A stretch of DNA of 31,322 nt from a bacterium (GTDB taxonomy: Bacteria; UBP18; UBA7526): positions 1 through 31,322 of the forward strand of contig JAUWYL010000015.1 of the NCBI GenBank assembly GCA_030615855.1. The letters run 5' to 3'. Positions 8,631-16,249 of this stretch are shown here, piece by piece. Positions within the stretch are counted from its first letter, which is position 1; every line of letters begins with the position of its first letter. The notes beneath the pieces are model-generated. The model searched no databases and was not told the origin of the DNA. It worked only from the letters and a program-made list of their open reading frames with translations. A program made the translations under genes and the position numbers.

Positions 8631-9803
8631 TTAAAGTTTAGAGAGGCCAGCCTCAATTTTTTCCAGGCCCTTCTTTATATTCTCAATGGAGGTAGCATAG
8701 GAGAGTCGGATATAGCCCTCTCCATATTCACCGAAAGAGGTCCCAGACAAAACAGCTACCCCTGCTTCATTCAAAAGATAATCCGCCAATTCCTGGGATT
8801 TCTTTCCCGTCTGAGTAATATTGGGGAAGACGTAGAAGGCGCCAAGGGGGTTACGACAGCTAATCCTGGGAATCTTATTCAAACCCTCAACAATGACATC
8901 TCTCCTTTTTTTGAACTCAGCCACCATTTTATTTACAGCATCCTGTGGCCCATTGATGGCCTCTATTCCGGCAATCTGAGTGAAGGTTGCCGTGCAGGAG
9001 TTGGAGTTGGTCATTAACTTAGTAACCTTCTCGGCGATCCCTTTATTCATCACCCCATATCCTAATCTCCAACCAGTCATGGCATAGGTCTTGGAGTGGC
9101 CCTCTAAGATAATGGTCCTCTCCTTCATCCCGGGAAAGGAGACAATGGAATGATGCTCCCCCCCATAGATGATGCGAGAATATATCTCGTCAGATAGAAC
9201 CAAGAGATCATTGGTCACAGCGACCTTGGCAATCTCCTCAAGATCTTCTTTGGGAATAACCCCTCCAGTGGGATTGGCTGGAGAGTTCAGAACGATCATC
9301 TTTGTCTTTTTGGTGATCCTCTCCTCCAGATCTTTGATATCGAAGACGAATCCCTTCTCCTCCTTTATGGGAATGGGAACTGCCTTGGCTCCCACGAAGT
9401 TGATCATCGATTCATAGATAGGATAAGCCGGATTGGGATATAGGACCTCATCCCCTTCATCGATACAAGCTAAGATAGAAAAGAATAGGATGGGCTTTCC
9501 CCCGGGAGTGACTACCACTTCCTCTGGATCAACGGAGATATTCCTGGTCTTTGAGATATATTTGGCAAAGCACTCCCTTGCCTCCCACAATCCAGCAGAG
9601 GGACCGTAGTGGGTCTTATTCTCTCTGATTGCTTTAATGCCTGCTTCCTTGATATTCTCTGGAGTATCGAAATCCGGCTCACCGATCTGTAGATGAACGA
9701 TCTCCTTCCCTTCTCTCTCCAAAGCCTTGGCCTTTGCTAAGACCTCGAAGGCGGTCTCTGTTCCAATCCTGGACATCCTCTTAGCGATCATCTCCTTCTT
9801 CAT
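8631..9803 (-). CDS. Class I/II pyridoxal-phosphate aminotransferase (aspartate aminotransferase-like)
   Basis: 390 aa; PLP-Lys box '[13 protein letters not shown]', 'NPANPTG'; strong SD GGAGGAG; ATG overlaps glyA stop (ATGA). Confidence 0.8.
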   Translation of the reverse strand: MKKEMIAKRMSRIGTETAFEVLAKAKALEREGKEIVHLQIGEPDFDTPENIKEAGIKAIRENKTHYGPSAGLWEARECFAKYISKTRNISVDPEEVVVTPGGKPILFFSILACIDEGDEVLYPNPAYPIYESMINFVGAKAVPIPIKEEKGFVFDIKDLEERITKKTKMIVLNSPANPTGGVIPKEDLEEIAKVAVTNDLLVLSDEIYSRIIYGGEHHSIVSFPGMKERTIILEGHSKTYAMTGWRLGYGVMNKGIAEKVTKLMTNSNSCTATFTQIAGIEAINGPQDAVNKMVAEFKKRRDVIVEGLNKIPRISCRNPLGAFYVFPNITQTGKKSQELADYLLNEAGVAVLSGTSFGEYGEGYIRLSYATSIENIKKGLEKIEAGLSKL

Positions 9804-11044
9804 TCTCTCTCCTCCATGAGGGAAAATTTATTGCACAACTTCTTAACCTCCCCTTTTACCTGAGCAATTATCTTTTCATCCTTTATATTCTTCAATACTT
9901 CTCCTATCCATTTAGCGATTCTTTTCATCTCTTCTTCTTTCATTCCCCGGGTAGTTAGGGCTGGAGTCCCAATCCTCAAACCACTGGTAATGAAGGGGCT
10001 TCTCTTCTCAAAGGGAATGGTATTCTTATTGACCACGATCTCTGCCTTTTCTAAGGCTTCCTCGGCGTCCTTACCGGTAATATTCTTATCTGTGAGATCA
10101 ACGAGCATTAGGTGATTATCTGTTCCCCCAGAGACGAGTCTGAATCCTTCCTCTTTTAACCCTTCCGCTAAGGCTTGGGCATTCTTAATGATTCTCTTCT
10201 GATACCCTTTAAAATCTGGTTTCAGGGCTTGGGCAAAGCAGACCGCCTTGGCAGCGATGGTGTGCATGAAAGGGCCTCCCTGGATCCCGGGAAAGACCAT
10301 CTTATCTATCATCTTGGCATGCTTCTCCTTACACATAATTATCCCTGATCTCGGGCCCCTCAAGGTCTTATGGGTGGTAGTAGTAACGAAGTCGCAGTGA
10401 GGAATAGGATCGGGATGGAGCTTGGCCGCCACCAGTCCAGCGATATGGGCGATGTCAGCTAAAAGATAAGCGCCTACCTCATCCGCAATTTCCTTAAACC
10501 TCTTGAAGTCAATGATGCGGGGATAGGCGCTCGCTCCACAGATGATGAGTTTTGGCTTACACTCCTTGGCAGTCCTCAATACCTCATCATAATCTATTCT
10601 CTCTGTCTTTTTATCCACACCATAGAAGACAACATTAAAGTATTTTCCAGAGAAGCTGACTGGACTTCCGTGAGAGAGGTGGCCACCATGAGAAAGTTTC
10701 ATAGAGAGCATGGTATCCCCTATATCTAAAGAGGCGAAGTAGACTGCCATGTTGGCCTGGGTTCCAGAGTGGGGTTGGACATTGACATGCTCACAGCCAA
10801 ATAACTTCTTCGCCCTCTCGATGGCTAAACTTTCGGCCACATCAACGAATTGACAGCCTCCGTAGTACCTCTTCCCGGGATAGCCCTCAGCATACTTATT
10901 GGTCATCACTGATCTTTGGGCCTCCATAACCGCATCAGAAACAAAATTCTCAGAGGCAATGAGTTCCAGACACTCCCTCTCCCTTCGCTTCTCATCCTCT
11001 ATCGCTTTATAGATCTCAGGATCAATATCCTTCAAACTTCTCAT
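9800..11044 (-). CDS. glyA: Serine hydroxymethyltransferase
   Basis: 414 aa; '[14 protein letters not shown]' PLP-Lys motif and conserved SHMT N-terminus 'ELIASENF'. Confidence 0.9.
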   Translation of the reverse strand: MRSLKDIDPEIYKAIEDEKRRERECLELIASENFVSDAVMEAQRSVMTNKYAEGYPGKRYYGGCQFVDVAESLAIERAKKLFGCEHVNVQPHSGTQANMAVYFASLDIGDTMLSMKLSHGGHLSHGSPVSFSGKYFNVVFYGVDKKTERIDYDEVLRTAKECKPKLIICGASAYPRIIDFKRFKEIADEVGAYLLADIAHIAGLVAAKLHPDPIPHCDFVTTTTHKTLRGPRSGIIMCKEKHAKMIDKMVFPGIQGGPFMHTIAAKAVCFAQALKPDFKGYQKRIIKNAQALAEGLKEEGFRLVSGGTDNHLMLVDLTDKNITGKDAEEALEKAEIVVNKNTIPFEKRSPFITSGLRIGTPALTTRGMKEEEMKRIAKWIGEVLKNIKDEKIIAQVKGEVKKLCNKFSLMEERE

Positions 11045-11056
11045 CTAATCTCCCTA

Positions 11057-11122
11057 ACACGGATTAGCACAGATTAGAAAAAACAGATTAGCACAGATTT
11101 AATCCGTGCCTATCCGTGTCTA
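11057..11122. repeat. CACGGAT/ATCCGTG-family inverted tandem array (abuts the DERA stop codon)
   Basis: 'ACACGGATTAGCACAGATTAG...CAGATTAGCACAGATT' then 'AATCCGTGCCTATCCGTGTCTAAT'. Confidence 0.75.
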
Positions 11123-12007
11123 ATAGCCGGCTCCAGCTGGGGTTCCCTTTATGATAGCCACGCTCGCTGAGGCCCCGATCCTGGTGGCTCCGGCCTTGAG
11201 CAAGGCTTGGACATCCTCAAAGGTTCTGACTCCTCCCGAGGCCTTTACCCCCATAATAGGACCAACTATGCGACGCATGAGGGCAACATCGGCTACCGTT
11301 GCCCCCCCTCCACTGAAACCGGTGGATGTTTTAACAAAGTCTGCTCCAGCTTCCTTTGCTATCTGACAGGCCTTAATCTTTTCCTCTTGAGTTAGTAAAG
11401 CAGTCTCCAGAATCACCTTAACAATCCTTCCATTGGCCGCATTGACTACCGCCTGAATATCCTTTTTCACCAGATCGTAATTCTTTGCTTTCAGGGCTCC
11501 GATGTTCATCACCATATCGATCTCATCCGCTCCATTGGCGATGGCATCCCTGGTCTCCATGGCCTTGGCCGTGGAGGTCGTGGCTCCTAAGGGAAAACCG
11601 ATTACCGTAGTGATCTTGACTGGGGTCCCTTTTAGTACCTTTGCTGCTAAGGGGACATAACTGGGATTGATGCAGACAGAGGCAAAGTTATACTTCTTTG
11701 CCTCCTCACATAACTGGGTGATCTTCTCTGGAGAGGCATCGGGCTTTAAATAGGTATGATCAATGGTATGGGCAATCTCTTCTTTTGGCGGCCTTGCTCC
11801 AATGGTAGCCCCTATCCTCTCTGCTCCAGCAGCAACTACTTTCTCCACCTCACTGGGACACTTAACAACGCATAATCCACAGGCAGTACATTCGCTATCC
11901 GTTGCCGGACAGATGGTCACTCCAGGAATAACTCCTGTCTCCTCTTCAGCAAGGCGCCGCATAACATTCCTGGTTATTCTATCTATTAGCTCATCGAACT
12001 CAGCCAT
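11120..12007 (-). CDS. deoC: Deoxyribose-phosphate aldolase (DERA) with ~75 aa N-terminal extension (encapsulation-peptide-like helix + 4Fe-4S-type Cys motif)
   Basis: 295 aa; catalytic-Lys region '[16 protein letters not shown]', DERA core from ~aa 80 ('IDHTYLKP'); N-term '[19 protein letters not shown]' amphipathic helix; '[12 protein letters not shown]' = CxxCxxCxxxCP; SD GGAGGAAG. Confidence 0.85.
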   Translation of the reverse strand: MAEFDELIDRITRNVMRRLAEEETGVIPGVTICPATDSECTACGLCVVKCPSEVEKVVAAGAERIGATIGARPPKEEIAHTIDHTYLKPDASPEKITQLCEEAKKYNFASVCINPSYVPLAAKVLKGTPVKITTVIGFPLGATTSTAKAMETRDAIANGADEIDMVMNIGALKAKNYDLVKKDIQAVVNAANGRIVKVILETALLTQEEKIKACQIAKEAGADFVKTSTGFSGGGATVADVALMRRIVGPIMGVKASGGVRTFEDVQALLKAGATRIGASASVAIIKGTPAGAGY

Positions 12008-12035
12008 TCTTCCTCCACGTGATTTCCAAGCATAT

Positions 12036-12096
12036 CGTTTACCGTTAACCCGCTTCGCTGTTTACCGTTTACCGTAAACCGTTAACCGTAAACCTG
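12036..12096. repeat. ACCGT-family tandem heptamers (TTTACCG/TAAACCG/TTAACCG)
   Basis: 'CGTTTACCGTTAACCCGCTTCGCTGTTTACCGTTTACCGTAAACCGTTAACCGTAAACC' between BMV1 stop and DERA start. Confidence 0.75.
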
Positions 12097-12099
12097 CTT

Positions 12100-12369
12100 T
12101 CATTCCATGTCGATGCGGTCTATTACTCCTGCGATAAAAGTCCTCACGGGAATATCTGGATTGCCGAATGCCTGACGGGCAGAGTTTCCCTCATCGATGA
12201 CCAGGACCGTCTCCCCAAAGCCGGCATAACCCTGATCCACGGCCATCAGGGAATTCCCCTCAGGCTTTAGTTTTTTATTCAGAGGTTGAACAATTAAGAG
12301 CCTATTCCCTTCCAGGTGCTTATTCTTCCTGGTAGCTACCACTACCCCGGTTACTTTAGCTATTAACAT
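12100..12369 (-). CDS. BMC vertex (pentamer) protein, EutN/CcmL/PduN family
   Basis: 89 aa; 'MLIAKVTGVVVATRK...LLIVQP' typical PF03319 N-terminus; SD AAGGGAG. Confidence 0.85.
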   Translation of the reverse strand: MLIAKVTGVVVATRKNKHLEGNRLLIVQPLNKKLKPEGNSLMAVDQGYAGFGETVLVIDEGNSARQAFGNPDIPVRTFIAGVIDRIDME

Positions 12370-12381
12370 TCTTCACTCCCT

Positions 12382-12669
12382 TCATTTAGATCGCGGTTTG
12401 GTTGGAGTAACCAAGGACTTGTGAATCCATCCCTCTCTCTTATCAGGTAGTCTAACCTTATACCAATTCCTGCTTTCCTCTAAGACCTTTAGGCGGTCAC
12501 CCTGTTTAAGAGTAATAACTATCTTACTCTCTATTGTAGCCGCACTTCTTATGTTGGCCTGCCCTACTTTGATCCAGACCTTGGCCGGGATTTTCTTAGT
12601 AGTTACCGCAGCACAGCCAGCCAATAGGATAACAACTACTAAGCCCAGTATTAAAAGTCTCCGTCCCAT
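12382..12669 (-). CDS. Bacterial SH3-domain lipoprotein
   Basis: Start taken at ATG (12667-12669) with SD GGGGGTG; signal peptide + lipobox 'LLAGC'; SH3b-like 'AKVWIKVGQANIRS...GDRLKVLEESRNWYKV'; ORF-track start 12687 is TTG. Confidence 0.55.
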   Translation of the reverse strand: MGRRLLILGLVVVILLAGCAAVTTKKIPAKVWIKVGQANIRSAATIESKIVITLKQGDRLKVLEESRNWYKVRLPDKREGWIHKSLVTPTKPRSK

Positions 12670-12701
12670 TCTATCACCCCCTTTCAATCATTCTTCTAGG
12701 C

Positions 12702-12830
12702 TGTCACGAAACTCGTTCCAGCCTATGATTACACAGATTCTAAAAAGATTACGCAGATTTTACCGACGAGTATTTGATCTGTGTAATCTAAATTTTAATG
12801 GGTGTAATAAAGGACGACACTTTTGTGACG
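12702..12830. repeat. Nested inverted repeats: 12-bp perfect IR GATTACACAGAT(12727-12738)/ATCTGTGTAATC(12777-12788) with third direct copy GATTACGCAGAT; outer imperfect IR TGTCACGAAA/TTTTGTGACG
   Basis: Read directly; lies upstream of the SH3-lipoprotein gene and downstream of BMV2. Confidence 0.75.
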
Positions 12831-12836
12831 CCCTAA

Positions 12837-13115
12837 TCATTCTTCCTCATGGATATCTATGGAGTCCACGATGCCCACGATACCTGCATCAACCGGAGCA
12901 ACCTCAGGTAATAGAGGTAAGGAAGCTTCCCGGGCCTCAACGTAGAAGACATAGTCCCCGATCCCCGCCTGAACAGTATCTACAGCCACCTGGGGCTTGT
13001 CTATGGGCTTTTTATCCTCCCAAGTTAAGGGCTGAATGATTAAAAGTTTTGCCCCTTCCAATGTCTCATACTTCTGAGAGGCAACTACTGTTCCAATGAC
13101 TTTAGCAAGCTTCAT
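12837..13115 (-). CDS. BMC vertex (pentamer) protein, EutN/CcmL family (paralog 2)
   Basis: Start taken at internal ATG (13113-13115) preceded by SD GGAAGGAG, giving 'MKLAKVIGTVVASQK...'; the ORF-track N-terminal extension begins on GTG. Confidence 0.8.
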   Translation of the reverse strand: MKLAKVIGTVVASQKYETLEGAKLLIIQPLTWEDKKPIDKPQVAVDTVQAGIGDYVFYVEAREASLPLLPEVAPVDAGIVGIVDSIDIHEEE

Positions 13116-13164
13116 AGGCTCCTTCCAGTCGCGCTTCAAGCCATACACTTAGGAAGCGGTGAAT

Positions 13165-13235
13165 CGGAGATCCTCTTTCTCCGCATCCTTATATCCCTCT
13201 ATTACCGTTTCTCCCTTTCTCCGTCTCTCCGTTTC
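13165..13235. repeat. Hairpin CGGAGA-tcctctt-TCTCCG plus tandem CCGT(T/C)TCTC units
   Basis: Read directly, between RpiB stop and BMV2 start. Confidence 0.6.
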
Positions 13236-13255
13236 AACATTCCTACAGCCTGTGG

Positions 13256-13789
13256 CTATTTCAAGTATTTTTTTTCTATTCCCATTATCTTATCTACTCT
13301 TCGGGCATGACGACCACCAGCGAACTTAGTCTCCAGCCATACCTTAACCATCTCCTTTGCTAAAGCAACTCCAATGGTCTGGCCCCCGAGACATAGAATA
13401 TTGGCATCATCATGCTCACTGGCCATCTTTGCAGTAAAGGTGTCATAGGCCAAAGCCGCCCTTATTCCGGGAACCTTATTACAGGCGATGCAGGAACCCA
13501 TTCCCGCACCATCGATCATTATTCCTTTAGAACATTCTCCCTTTACAACCTCTGAAGCAACGAGATGGGCATAGTCCGGATAGTCGCAGGACTCCGGGCT
13601 ATAGGGACCACAGTCCTTCACCTTATATCCCAATTCATTGAGATATTTTCTCAGTTCCTCCTTTAAGGGGAACCCTCCGTGATCGCTCCCCATGGCAATT
13701 TTCTTCTCATCCTTAGGAGGAGCTTCAGAGGATTTTAACTGAGCAGCAACTTCTTTTACGATCTTCTTTATGATATCCTCAGAAACCAT
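13256..13789 (-). CDS. rpiB: Ribose-5-phosphate isomerase B (RpiB/LacAB family) with N-terminal encapsulation-peptide-like extension
   Basis: 177 aa; 'IAMGSDHGGFPLKEEL', 'GMGSCIACNKVPGIRAA'; ~30 aa N-terminal extension 'MVSEDIIKKIVKEVAAQL' (amphipathic). Confidence 0.85.
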   Translation of the reverse strand: MVSEDIIKKIVKEVAAQLKSSEAPPKDEKKIAMGSDHGGFPLKEELRKYLNELGYKVKDCGPYSPESCDYPDYAHLVASEVVKGECSKGIMIDGAGMGSCIACNKVPGIRAALAYDTFTAKMASEHDDANILCLGGQTIGVALAKEMVKVWLETKFAGGRHARRVDKIMGIEKKYLK

Positions 13790-13794
13790 TCTTC

Positions 13795-14028
13795 TTACTC
13801 TTTTATAATTTTGATTCTGAATTCCAGGGCCCTATCCCGGGCAAAAGGGGTGATGATGGCATCCCTGGGAACCCTTAATTCCTTGCATCCCTGCTTTGCC
13901 GCCTTAAGCATCACCTCTTCATTAACGAGCATCCTCTTCGTCCCACGGGGAGAAGTTACCTTCCCCTTTCCAGCCAACTCCTTCTGGACCTCTTCAGTAA
14001 CGATTTGAATCAACTTCTCTTTATCCAT
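13795..14028 (-). CDS. Small hypothetical protein with N-terminal encapsulation-peptide-like helix (BMC-associated, no recognisable catalytic domain)
   Basis: ~77 aa from ATG 14026-14028 (SD GGAG 8 nt upstream; ORF-track GTG start at 14037); 'MDKEKLIQIVTEEVQKEL' amphipathic helix then Gly/Lys linker and ~45 aa C-terminal module '...KELRVPRDAIITPFARDRALEFRIKII'. Confidence 0.5.
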   Translation of the reverse strand: MDKEKLIQIVTEEVQKELAGKGKVTSPRGTKRMLVNEEVMLKAAKQGCKELRVPRDAIITPFARDRALEFRIKIIKE

Positions 14029-14050
14029 TTCGCTCACTCCGTTCGCTCAA

Positions 14051-14151
14051 TACGCTGATTACCGCTGATATACTGCACTGATTGCCGCTGATTATCTGCG
14101 GTCATCTGCGTCTTTTTTCCATATCTCTCCTCGCCATCTGCGTCTATCTGC
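14051..14151. repeat. Tandem GCTGAT(T/A) x4 followed by ATCTGCG x4 around a T-rich centre
   Basis: Read directly, between PduT stop and the small EP-protein start. Confidence 0.7.
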
Positions 14152-14153
14152 GT

Positions 14154-14705
14154 TTATAAGAGGGCTTTACGTAGTGCCTCATGGGGCTTGGGGATGACGG
14201 TTCGATTGACTAATAGTCCTTCCTCTTCTATCTCTCTGCAACCAGCATCTATGGCAGCCTTGACCGCATCTACTTCTCCTGTCAAGGTAACGAAGCCCTT
14301 TCCGGCCAATCCCTTTGCTAAACGAATTTCGATGAGTTCTATCTTGGCCGCCTTTACTGCGGCATCTGCAGCCAGGATAATGGCTGATACAGAGAAGGTC
14401 TCTATTACACCAATTGCTTTTAGCTCCTTAATAACGCTCGTTCCCATTATGGCCGGAAAGACATCGGAGTGGACATTGGGAATGACGAAGCTATCCATCA
14501 CTGTTTCTTTACCCACTTCCTTTCCTTTATCGATTGAGGACCGGACACTGGCCACATCTCCCATTACCAAGACGATATATTTACCGGGGCAGATGGAGAA
14601 GGATTCGATGAGGTCCACTGCCGCTACCTTCATCATGGCATCACAGACCTCAAACCCCCGGGCAACACTATTCAATTCCACCATACCGATGGCATTTTTA
14701 ACCAT
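14154..14705 (-). CDS. pduT: PduT-like tandem-domain BMC shell protein (BMC-T, putative Fe-S pore)
   Basis: 183 aa; two PF00936 domains; strong resemblance to PduT as I recall it ('AIGMVELNSVARG...DAMMK', 'SICPGKY', 'AIGVIETFSVSA...AADAAVKAA', 'GLLVNRTVIPKPHEAL'); conserved pore Cys in 'CPGK'. Confidence 0.85.
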   Translation of the reverse strand: MVKNAIGMVELNSVARGFEVCDAMMKVAAVDLIESFSICPGKYIVLVMGDVASVRSSIDKGKEVGKETVMDSFVIPNVHSDVFPAIMGTSVIKELKAIGVIETFSVSAIILAADAAVKAAKIELIEIRLAKGLAGKGFVTLTGEVDAVKAAIDAGCREIEEEGLLVNRTVIPKPHEALRKALL

Positions 14706-14728
14706 TTCATCCTCGTTTCACTCGGATA

Positions 14729-14816
14729 GTTTACAGTTTATCCGCTCGGCCTTTGGCCTCGCTGTTTACTGTTAACCGTCTTTTACCGTAAACCGTACAC
14801 CGTTAACCGTAAACCC
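14729..14816. repeat. ACCGT-family array containing dispersed block TTTACCGTAAACCGTACACCGTTAACCGTAAACC
   Basis: Upstream of PduT start; 23-27 nt identical to copies at ~25787-25815 and ~26901-26925. Confidence 0.8.
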
Positions 14817-14840
14817 TATCTTGCTGGTTACTGCTCACTG

Positions 14841-16163
14841 TTATGCTTCGATAGTAATAGAGTCTCCGATATCGGTTATCTTTCCCTCTATTGAGGCATG
14901 AATCCTTGCTCCTAAGGCTCCTCTGGGAATATCGGCAATCAAATCTCCCACTTTTACTTTCTCATTCAACTTTACGGTCGGGATCGATTTTGCTCCCACA
15001 TGCTGAGAGAGAGAAATCCTGACAAGGTTCGTCCGATATTCTCTCTTCTCCAGAGGAGCATCAAGATTATATTCCTCTATTCCGATCCTTGAGATGATCC
15101 TCTCTGTAGGAACTTTGCGATACTCTATCATGGAATGGGCTTCCTCCGGAGCCTCCTTATGGGGATTCTTAACCTTGGCCTCTGTCAGTTCCTTTTTAAT
15201 CTCCTGATTCACCCTGAGTGGTGATAGTCCAAAAGGACAAGCATATAGATTACATAAACCGCATTCTGAACAGAGGAAAGCAGCGGTGATGTCATTCAAT
15301 TCCTTTCTCATTTCATACCCCACATGCCTCATTATCTTATGGGGTTTTAAGGAATGGCCGATTAAGTACCGGGGACAGAGTTCAGTGCAGTCGGTGCACT
15401 GCATACAGAGCATGGTCTTCCTGAGGATTTTTCTCATCTCCAGGGTCTTGTTCATAATGACCTGATGGTCTTTGGGCAGGACAATCAATCCCGTGGTGGT
15501 CTTCATTACTGGGGAATCCAAATCTTCAATCAGTTTCCCCATCATAGGTCCGCCATCCAAGACAGAAAAATCATTTATCTTTGGTTCAGCTAATCTTATT
15601 ACCTCTCCCACACTCATCCCCACGGGAACCTTCACTGACTTCGGTCCCTTCACCGCCCCGGATATTGTGAGATAGCGATGGGTGACCGGCCTTCTTTCTA
15701 TAGTATCTGCAACATTGATGAGGGTTCCCACATTATCCACCACCACTCCCACTTGTAGGGGAATTCCTCCCTCAGGGACGATCCTCTTCAATACCTCATA
15801 GACCAGTATCTGCTCATCACCCGCAGGATAGAAGTCACCAAGGATAAATAGTTCGATGTGGGATGGAGGATGTGGGATGTGGGATGTTAAAGCAGCGATG
15901 GCCTCTTTATATTTTTCTTTTAAAGCAATAAATCCCTTCTTGGCTCCCGTGGCCTCCATTACTAGCTTTAAACCCTTGATCACTTTGTTCGCTTGGGTAG
16001 CCATTAATTGCTGATCGATGCGCAAGAGAGGCTCACACTCCGCACCATTGGCGATGACATACTCTACCTTGGTCTCTAACTTCACATGGGTGGGGAAGCC
16101 CGCTCCCCCTGCTCCCACCACCCCAGCATCCCTTACTTTCTCAATAATCTCTTTCTTATTCAT
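14841..16163 (-). CDS. pduS: PduS/RnfC-like Fe-S flavoprotein (BMC-associated oxidoreductase)
   Basis: 440 aa; N-terminus 'VRDAGVVGAGGAGFPTHVKLE' as in PduS/RnfC; two ferredoxin motifs 'CMQCTDCTELCP' and 'CSECGLCNLYACP'; in-frame heptamer repeat (~15855-15886) encoding 'HIPHPPSHI'; my manual base count and the ORF track disagree by 1 nt at this start codon. Confidence 0.8.
   Translation of the reverse strand: MNKKEIIEKVRDAGVVGAGGAGFPTHVKLETKVEYVIANGAECEPLLRIDQQLMATQANKVIKGLKLVMEATGAKKGFIALKEKYKEAIAALTSHIPHPPSHIELFILGDFYPAGDEQILVYEVLKRIVPEGGIPLQVGVVVDNVGTLINVADTIERRPVTHRYLTISGAVKGPKSVKVPVGMSVGEVIRLAEPKINDFSVLDGGPMMGKLIEDLDSPVMKTTTGLIVLPKDHQVIMNKTLEMRKILRKTMLCMQCTDCTELCPRYLIGHSLKPHKIMRHVGYEMRKELNDITAAFLCSECGLCNLYACPFGLSPLRVNQEIKKELTEAKVKNPHKEAPEEAHSMIEYRKVPTERIISRIGIEEYNLDAPLEKREYRTNLVRISLSQHVGAKSIPTVKLNEKVKVGDLIADIPRGALGARIHASIEGKITDIGDSITIEA
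15855..15886. repeat. In-CDS tandem heptamer (GATGTGG)x4.5
   Basis: Encodes 'HIPHPPSHI' inside the PduS-like protein, in frame. Confidence 0.8.
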
Positions 16164-16224
16164 TCCGTCATTCCGTCATTCCGTCATTCCGTCAGTAAGT
16201 TAGACGGATAGACGGATTAGACGT
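16162..16224. repeat. (CATTCCGT)x4 tandem octamer followed by (GACGGATA)x2.5 near-reverse-complement units; includes the PduS start codon
   Basis: Read directly; on the mRNA strand gives ACGGAATG x4 immediately 5' of and including the ATG. Confidence 0.8.
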
Positions 16225-16249
16225 TTCCTTCAAAACTTAAAGTTTTTTA

